A stretch of 64,000 nucleotides of DNA from Eledone cirrhosa (taxonomy: Eukaryota), in the NCBI GenBank assembly GCA_964016885.1, contig OZ024743.1:13330001-13394000 (forward strand). Direction: 5' to 3'. The position numbers were made by a program, and so were the translations under genes. Positions 55,880 to 64,000 of this stretch are shown piece by piece; within the stretch, counting starts at the first letter, position 1; every line of letters starts with the position of its first letter. The notes beneath the pieces were generated by a model. The model made no database searches, was not told where the DNA came from, and saw only the letters and a list, made by a program, of their open reading frames with translations.

Positions 55880-57310
55880 TTTTATCCAACCATCTTCCTT
55901 GGAATTTATCCCCGGGTCTCCTGCTGGCTGGTTTTGCCCGTAAAATCTGACCAGTAATTCTTTCCTGTGATATTCATACCACGCTGAGCTGTGATCACTC
56001 AATTGGGAGAAGTAATCGCACTACCAGGAGCGACTCTCTGATCATCAAGCTATGCATTCTAATGTATAACGTTACACCAAAACCCCTTTGGAGGGACCCC
56101 ATTTCAGCCACTTGCATTCGCAGACGTATTCTTTCGGTCCTAACCCAAGATTCATAAGCGTAATTAAGTGCTGGCGCGAATACCGAATTGAAGACAGAGA
56201 GGATGTTTTGTTACATTTGCCTACGTTCTTCGGATGACTGAATACTGAAACTGACGCATTATTGCTGCACCTCTTGCAAATTTAGCATTTAATAGAGTCT
56301 CCTGCAATCCATCCATAGTGAACACGGCCTCGAGATACTTTAAAGTCTTCGCCTGCATCAGTGGAACTTCACTAACATATAAAGTGCACTGCGCTGGCTT
56401 CCTAGAGAGGATGAATCTCTCTGTCTTCTCAGATTTGATTTCATTCCTGAAGTGCTGTATTTGACAGCAAACCTATTAAGCGCATGTCCGAGATCATCTA
56501 CAGGCGATTTGAATAATATCAGGTCATCCGCAAATTTCAGCCGATTAATTCTACACATTCCTGTCTCATCAGCACTCCCAACCCTGCTGCGTATGTGCAT
56601 TCTGTCCATGAAGATTATGAAGTGGGGATTTGGCAGCCGTACCCGTCGCGGAGTCCGACACTCACATTAAAAAGAATCGACGTAGCACCATTTATCTAAA
56701 AACAAATGCTAGGGCAAATCAGGGCAACACGAAGCTTTTCATTTGACCCTTGCCCCCGCAGAACCTTCCACAACAGTTCACGTGGAAGACGGTAATATGC
56801 ATTTTCGATATCAACGAAATAAGACTACACCTCTTTGCAGTACTACCCATCACCCAAAACAAAACTGCCGAGCGTACTGCGTATATTTGGTCGGCTGTGC
56901 TGCATGTGCTCAAAAGCCATACTGCTTGTCAGTTATCTTGGACTCAACAATATTCCTACATTCCTTTGCCAGACATTTACCATAGCCTTTACAACGAAAA
57001 TCAAGCTCTTTTCTCTATCTTTCGAAAGATTAGGATAATCACTCCCGGTTGTTATTGTTTAGGTGCCATCCCATCGATCCCTGCTACCCGGCAATCACGA
57101 GTCAATCAAACAGTATTTTCTTTATTCAAAGCTTTTAACATTTCGGGCCGAATTCCACCCTCTCCAGTGACCTTGTCACATTTCTACTCTTTAATAGCAC
57201 TTGTGACTTCAGCCCCCGAGAAGATATTCATCGCTCCCAGATGCACCTCGTGTACATCAGAAGATACTGTTGTGACGGTGTTTAGCCCTAAGAAAACCCT
57301 GACAACGGAA
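55880..57310 (-). mobile_element. RTE-like LINE fragment, degraded
   Basis: GGIRPEMLKAL, TADQI, RINRLKFADDLIL, KYLE-VFT remnants. Confidence 0.75.
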
Positions 57311-59689
57311 GCTTAATTATAAAAAGGAATCCATTCATGAATATCTCATCTTTTTTTCAATCTCTTTCTAGTAGCCATGTATAGACTACTCATTGTCTCA
57401 CAATACAACGTGGTATTTTTATATATGGAAGCATGTGTTTAGATGATCTTGAAGAATCTTTCACAAAATATTAGAAAACAAATTACGTATGCGCCATTTC
57501 AGGAATATTCAGAATTTCAATTATAAGCATTTAGGTACAGAAAATATATACGTAGGATTTATCTATAATCTAATCTGATAATTTCACTGACAGTTCTATG
57601 AATTAATCATATGGCATATTCCCATTGATAATTTGTCTACGTGTTCCTATCTAATAAGACACAGACACACAGACACATACACAGACACAGACACAAACGC
57701 ACACATACACAGACACAGACACACACACACACACGTACACGCACATGCACATACATACACACAAACACACACACACATACACACACTCACACACACACAC
57801 ATGCAAATACACACTCACACACATTCGCACACACACACATGCACACACACACACACACTCACATATACACACACACACGCACACACTTACGCACGTACGT
57901 ATACACTCCAAGATATCTATATCTATATATATGTGTATGTTATTTTTACCATTACTTTTCTTACGCTGTCACCATGGTATCTCTATCTTCTTTAGGGTTA
58001 ATGGCGTGCTTTTTTGCAGGTAAGTTATTAAGTATACATTCATTATTTGACCATTTTAACTATTCTTTTCCTCGTGAAGATGACGATATGAGGCACAAAC
58101 AATAACGCTAAGAGAAAAAAATAACACAAACAAACAGGAATTCTTATAATTATCATTTTAGTGATTCCCACGGTTGAAAAACAAAGAATAGTAATCCATT
58201 CACATGCTGTAATAATAAGGAATAAAAAAAAGTAGGAAAACAAGGAAACAAAAGCTGAAATACTACCCAATATCTATTGATCAATATTCGTTTAGATATT
58301 AGGTGCGAAGGAATAGAAGACTTGTTAGCGGATCTGACAAACTAACTACTTACTTACGTCCCTTTACGTTCGGTGTTCAAATTCCGCCTGTGTAGGCTTT
58401 GCCTTTTCACTTTTCTCTTATTTAATAAAATTAGTACGTATCAAATAGTGAGATCGATTTATTTGACTATGAATGTATAGCCCAGTGTCTAACCATATGA
58501 TATTACATGTTCTGAAACGGATGCATCATGACTTTTCAGTATCAGTCGAAAACATTTAAATTCAATTACGCCATTAACGTCATTTTGTCACGCATAAATA
58601 ATAAATTGAAAAAGTCAAATAGTTTTACTTATATATTTAAATACTCTATTGTTTGGAGCATAACTTATGGGTTAATCTTCTTGTTGAAGGTTAATTATCT
58701 TCACATACGCCTCTCAATAACACAAATATTCCACTTTCCGCCATTTGAATAAACAAAATATACCAGGTCAGTCGCACTACGGCCCTTGCAGCTACTACTA
58801 CTTCTATTACTACCTACTATTACTACTGCTGGTGCACATAACGACTCACTCCATATATTTCGTGACTCTACTGTCATATTGATGATAACAGTCGTGACAA
58901 TTATATTTCAATTGTTCCTCTTAAACACATTCTCGTGAACATATATTTTTCAGAATCTCTTTCTATTCATTTCATTTCTTTGAAAGTAACCAAAAGTCAG
59001 GAATATAGCAAAGTATGTACTTATATAAAGGCTTTTTTATTACATCGGTTTTCAGTTCACTTTTCCATATTTCTGTGGGTTGAACAAAGGCCGGAGCTAA
59101 ATCCGATTTCACATGGCGTCAAGCGACTGCGATTACAATAACGCCAGTCTGTCACAAGATTATACCTTCTGTTGATGATACATAGTAGAGTGAATCAACC
59201 TGGGATGAAGTGACGTGCTCGTGGTCAAACATAACACGACGATACAATCCTGCGATGAAGACTCTCATCTAAACTAGGGAGGCTTCACTATATAAATAGG
59301 ATAACAGGAAAATGGAAATTTCACACTTAATCTATTTTACAAATATACTGTTATATGTTACATTTTATATACGAAACTGAAAATATGTGTGATTGCCACA
59401 GCACTTCGTATGATCATTTGACGTTTAGTTCGGCCTGGTGTCGGGAGTATCTAAGTAGAGAAAGCAGGAGATTCCTTGCAAGCAGAGACAGCAAATGTGC
59501 TTTCAATGGCCGCTTGAAGCTACATTTACCCATGTGAAAGCCATAGACATTACAAGCCTGCTTCTCCTCCGGCAATAATTGAAGGCATATTCGAACGAAC
59601 GTGGAATAATATTAATGAATAATGTTATTGGTGGTGGAGGTATTGCAGCCAACGTGGCTGCTCGTGTTGATGATAATTATGAAGACGAC

Positions 59690-60150
59690 GATTATTATTT
59701 TCATGAACATGATACACACGCGGAGTCGGGTTGAAAGTGATATCTCGACTGGCAGGTGTAAAATCAGTCGGCTGGGATTTGCAGACGATATGGTGTTACT
59801 TAACTCGACAGAAGTTGATCTACGATTTGCACTAGATAGCTTTAGTGCTGAGTGCTGCATGGCTGGAATGAACATCCGGGCTGCAAACACTGAGACACTC
59901 GTCCTGGCAAGGAAGTCTGTGAAGTGCACTCAATACATGAATGTAATTTTACTGAAGCAAGTGGAGAATTTCAAGTATTTCCGGCCCTGTTCACGACTGA
60001 TAAAAGGCAGGAGCTTAAAATAAGTGCAAGAATTGTATGAGCTGGTACAGTAATGCACCAGATTCAGCATTCAGTAATCAGAAGAAGTGAGGTAGGTGTA
60101 AAAGCCAAACAAGCTATCTTCAATTCGGTATTCGTGCGAACCCTACTAGA
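59690..60150 (+). mobile_element. RTE-like LINE RT fragment (same family as 56-57 kb)
   Basis: CKISRLGFADDMVLL...ALDSFSAEC..AGMNI...KQVENFKY. Confidence 0.75.
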
Positions 60151-60906
60151 AGTATAATACGAAAAGAGAAACACAGCAGGAATAGAAACTGGTAATGCAG
60201 CCTCTGTTTCGCACCGATGTTTACGTTCTATTCTATTCTTCTTTAATCTATTCTATCATTCGATATTCTATATTACACAACCTTCTTGATAGGTGCCAAA
60301 ATCAAGCGAACTAAATAATAACAACGCTGCCTACTAGCATACAAATAAACAACCAACATACCAATCCCTCTAAAAAAATCATAATAATTTAAAAATAATA
60401 GAAATTGCAATAAATACATAAAACATTAGCAAGAAAACGATTGTTGAGTTGAAATTATATTTATAAGCCAAGCGGTACTTAAATACATTTCTGCTCTAGA
60501 ATAATAAATAGTAATTCTGACATCGTGCACAGACTATTCATCATTAATAAAAGACTTAGCGGGAATCATAAACATTACAATAGAATGATTTAAATTGTTA
60601 CCTCGATTCTTTGAAATAATTGATATGTTTATTTCACGTATAACAATGATTTCCATAAGTGTTTGAGACTATTATGTAAATAAATTATAAGATACGATTG
60701 ATATGTGTTTCTATTGAGTGAGCTCACAAACTCCTACATATTTTTAATAGTAACTGTAATGAGAACTGATCCTAAAACATTGATACCTTTTCCAAAGGTG
60801 TAACAAACCGAGTCATGAGAAAACAAGTTTAGTTGCGTCGCGAAACCAGTCAACGAGAGGAATGTATAATCCCTTTCCATGCGTCATGTTTATTAAATAT
60901 ATGGTA

Positions 60907-60942
<36 letters not shown>

Positions 60943-61089
60943 CCCCCCACACACATACACACATACTCTCACACTCACACACACACACACACACGCATTT
61001 ATATGATTGCTGTTCCTACTATTACATCATGGTTAACTAAAAGGAATTGGTGAACCAAAAATATGATGTGATAGTTGCACCGGCAATCA

Positions 61090-61890
61090 ACGTTACGCAA
61101 GTCACCCATCGCTGATGTTGAATAATCCTGTGGCTGGTGCATATAAATAAATAATATATATATAACAAATCTGCCACCGAAAAATTTAATTCTTTAACAC
61201 ACTTATGAAGAAGCCACTCTATTGATAAGTGACACAACGCTTTCATAGAAAGACCGATAAACTATTGAATACGAACCTCGTTCTGGAACTCCAGTCTCGT
61301 CAACAAATGAACAAAATGTGGGAGCGGTGCAAGCGGTGACGGCGAAACATAACTGATTACGTGTTAGGGTGAATGCAGAAAAAAACAGGGATAGATAAAA
61401 ATGTGGCTCACAGAATTTTAACAGACCATTTGCACAGGCGAAACGTTTGTGCATAATTAGTGCTCAAACATTTCTTTATGGAGCAAATAGTGAATCGGTT
61501 GGGGACTTGTCAGGATTTGCAATAAAAGACACGAAATTGAGCCAAATTTCTTGGATTAAGTAATAACAGAAGATGAATCATGAATATTCGCATACAATCC
61601 AGAGACAAGAATGAAAAGTGATGTGTGGCATACGAAAATTCTCCTCGTTCAAAGAAACAGGCATGCGCAGGTCCAGTGTAAAATGATGACTATCATATTT
61701 TTGACAGCCGGATATTGTTCACCGAGAAATTCTACCACCCGTACACTGATAACTGAACATTCTACAAAGATGTCTTGGAACGACTTAAAAAAATGGGTCC
61801 AGCGAGTCTGAAAGGACATTGCATGTGATTGGGTACTATATCAGGACAACGAGCCTCCTCCCACAGCACTTTCAATTAGAAACGTTTTGG
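61090..61890 (+). mobile_element. Mariner transposase relic
   Basis: EPRSGTPVSSTNEQNV; VITEDES*IFAYNPETR; IVHREILP; FYKDVLERL...WVLYQDNEPP. Confidence 0.78.
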
Positions 61891-63244
61891 CAGAACACTT
61901 CATTATGTTGATTTGATTTTATATGTGAAAGTTGAAAATTATATGCAATATCGCATACTTTTCAGAGCATTGTCAGCGTGTTGAAGTGGCACAATGCAGT
62001 TTACATTTTGACTCCTTAAAATTCCGCTGAGGTCAACTTTGCATTTCAATCTTCTGTGATAAACTTCTGAAGGTTGATTTAATCAAGGTTGTCATTCCCT
62101 CAAATTTGCTGGTCTCTGCTTAACTTAGACACTAATATTAATACAATTATTTCAATTAATTAAAAATATGAGAATAATCTCACCAAAGGTATCTTACTCT
62201 CTTCAGACCCATATACATTTTGAACTTGTTCAGCAAGTTACGCGAAGTGGGTAAACTATTCCTTTGCACAATACAGAGATACATAGATGAATGAATTGTT
62301 GAACAAGTATAGATGGCTGTTTCCATAATGATTATCGAGCCCGTTATAAGCATGGCGTCCGAACCTCTACCGATACTGCCAATCCCGCCTATATATACAC
62401 ATATAATGGGTGATGGTCATGTTTGAAACGTCTTCTGAATAGATTTGCATGATCTCGCTTGACCTGGGAGTTAAACTACATGTTTGGACAATCAACAAGC
62501 CAGGTTTTTTTTTCAATAGTCGATTGAATCGACTTTAGAATATTTCTTGTTCGTTTTTTATTGACTACTGAATAGGATAAAAGGTTAAATTGATTCATCT
62601 GAAGTTATCACTCAGAACATAGAACTTAATACCGCAGGGTATTTATCCTGTATCTGCAATTCAATTTACGCAGTGAAATGATACACTTCAGGAAAGTAAC
62701 TTACAGGAAGAAACTAAAATGAGTTCTATCGACTATAACTTTTCTCTCTTTCAACAAGAACATAATGTCCAAACACACTAATATAGATACCATTGAACAC
62801 ATTCTATTGATCATAGTAGTATCAGTAAGTTCATTTTATCACAGTAGCATTCAATCTAAGCTACTTTTTCAGACAACTATTATCAGTTTCGTTGATATTT
62901 CTTAAGTTCATGAAACTAACATAACACCTGAAAAAGAATAAATAAATAAATAAAAAATAATATATATATAAAGCCTTGATTAAATATCTTTAGCTGTTAT
63001 CTAATAATCCTTTTTCATACTTCTCATAACTGACGGATTTCTGTTTTCACTTCAATTCCAGCTACTCACGCCATAGCTCCTCCCCAAATATTCGATTATA
63101 TAATTGGATTTGGAAAGTAAGTGACAATCTTATCATTACAGTCTATATCGCATAATATTTATTCGCATACGCACACACGTATGTTCATACTCCCTCAAGT
63201 ATCACCATGTAATACACACACACACACAGTCACACACACAAATT

Positions 63245-63632
<388 letters not shown>

Positions 63633-63726
63633 ATTTGCTATGAATCGACGTTGTAGCTGCCATATAACAGGTACTACTTGAGTTGTATGAGGTATATATA
63701 TATATATATATATATATACGTTCACA

Positions 63727-63769
<43 letters not shown>

Positions 63770-64000
63770 ATGTTTGCCTTTTTAAATATTTGCGCAAAAA
63801 ATCTAAAGAGTGTACAATGCATCTAGTGGGGTAAAGAACTGATCGTTAAAGTTAACTATATTTCTATTACTTCAAGTTTCTTTAACGAAGACGCCTTTGA
63901 CACTTAGCACGTCAACGAATAGTACTTTGAAATCTAATGGAATTATCTTTGACGTTCATGCCAAGAGACGGCAGATTTATATTTGCTACATTTTGTAGAC

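Noticed and set aside
56750-57316. 188-aa plus-strand ORF
   Set aside because: Antisense to a decayed RTE RT; no independent coding signal.

Overview
AT-rich, microsatellite-laden animal genomic DNA. The repeat content suggests a coleoid cephalopod, probably an octopod (inference). One host gene is supportable: a FAM167-family (DUF3259) gene on + with two coding exons (about 11921-12616 and 28472-28726) split by a 15.9-kb phase-0 GT-AG intron. The rest is mostly transposon sequence. It includes four large Penelope-like element (PLE) copies of two clades (Nematis-like and Hydra-like), many short PLE 3' remnants in (TA)n tracts, a tRNA-derived SINE family, RTE/L1/CR1 LINE fragments, two Tc1/mariner relics, a non-autonomous Helitron and a dispersed minisatellite. 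The most notable signal is about ten hammerhead-ribozyme motifs of several variant types. Among them is a family of short, non-coding fold-back insertions whose symmetry axis sits at the hammerhead itself, either at the 5' edge of stem I or in the loop of stem II. Almost all [12 protein letters not shown] ORFs in the track are microsatellite artefacts. All family assignments come from motif recognition by eye, with no database searches.
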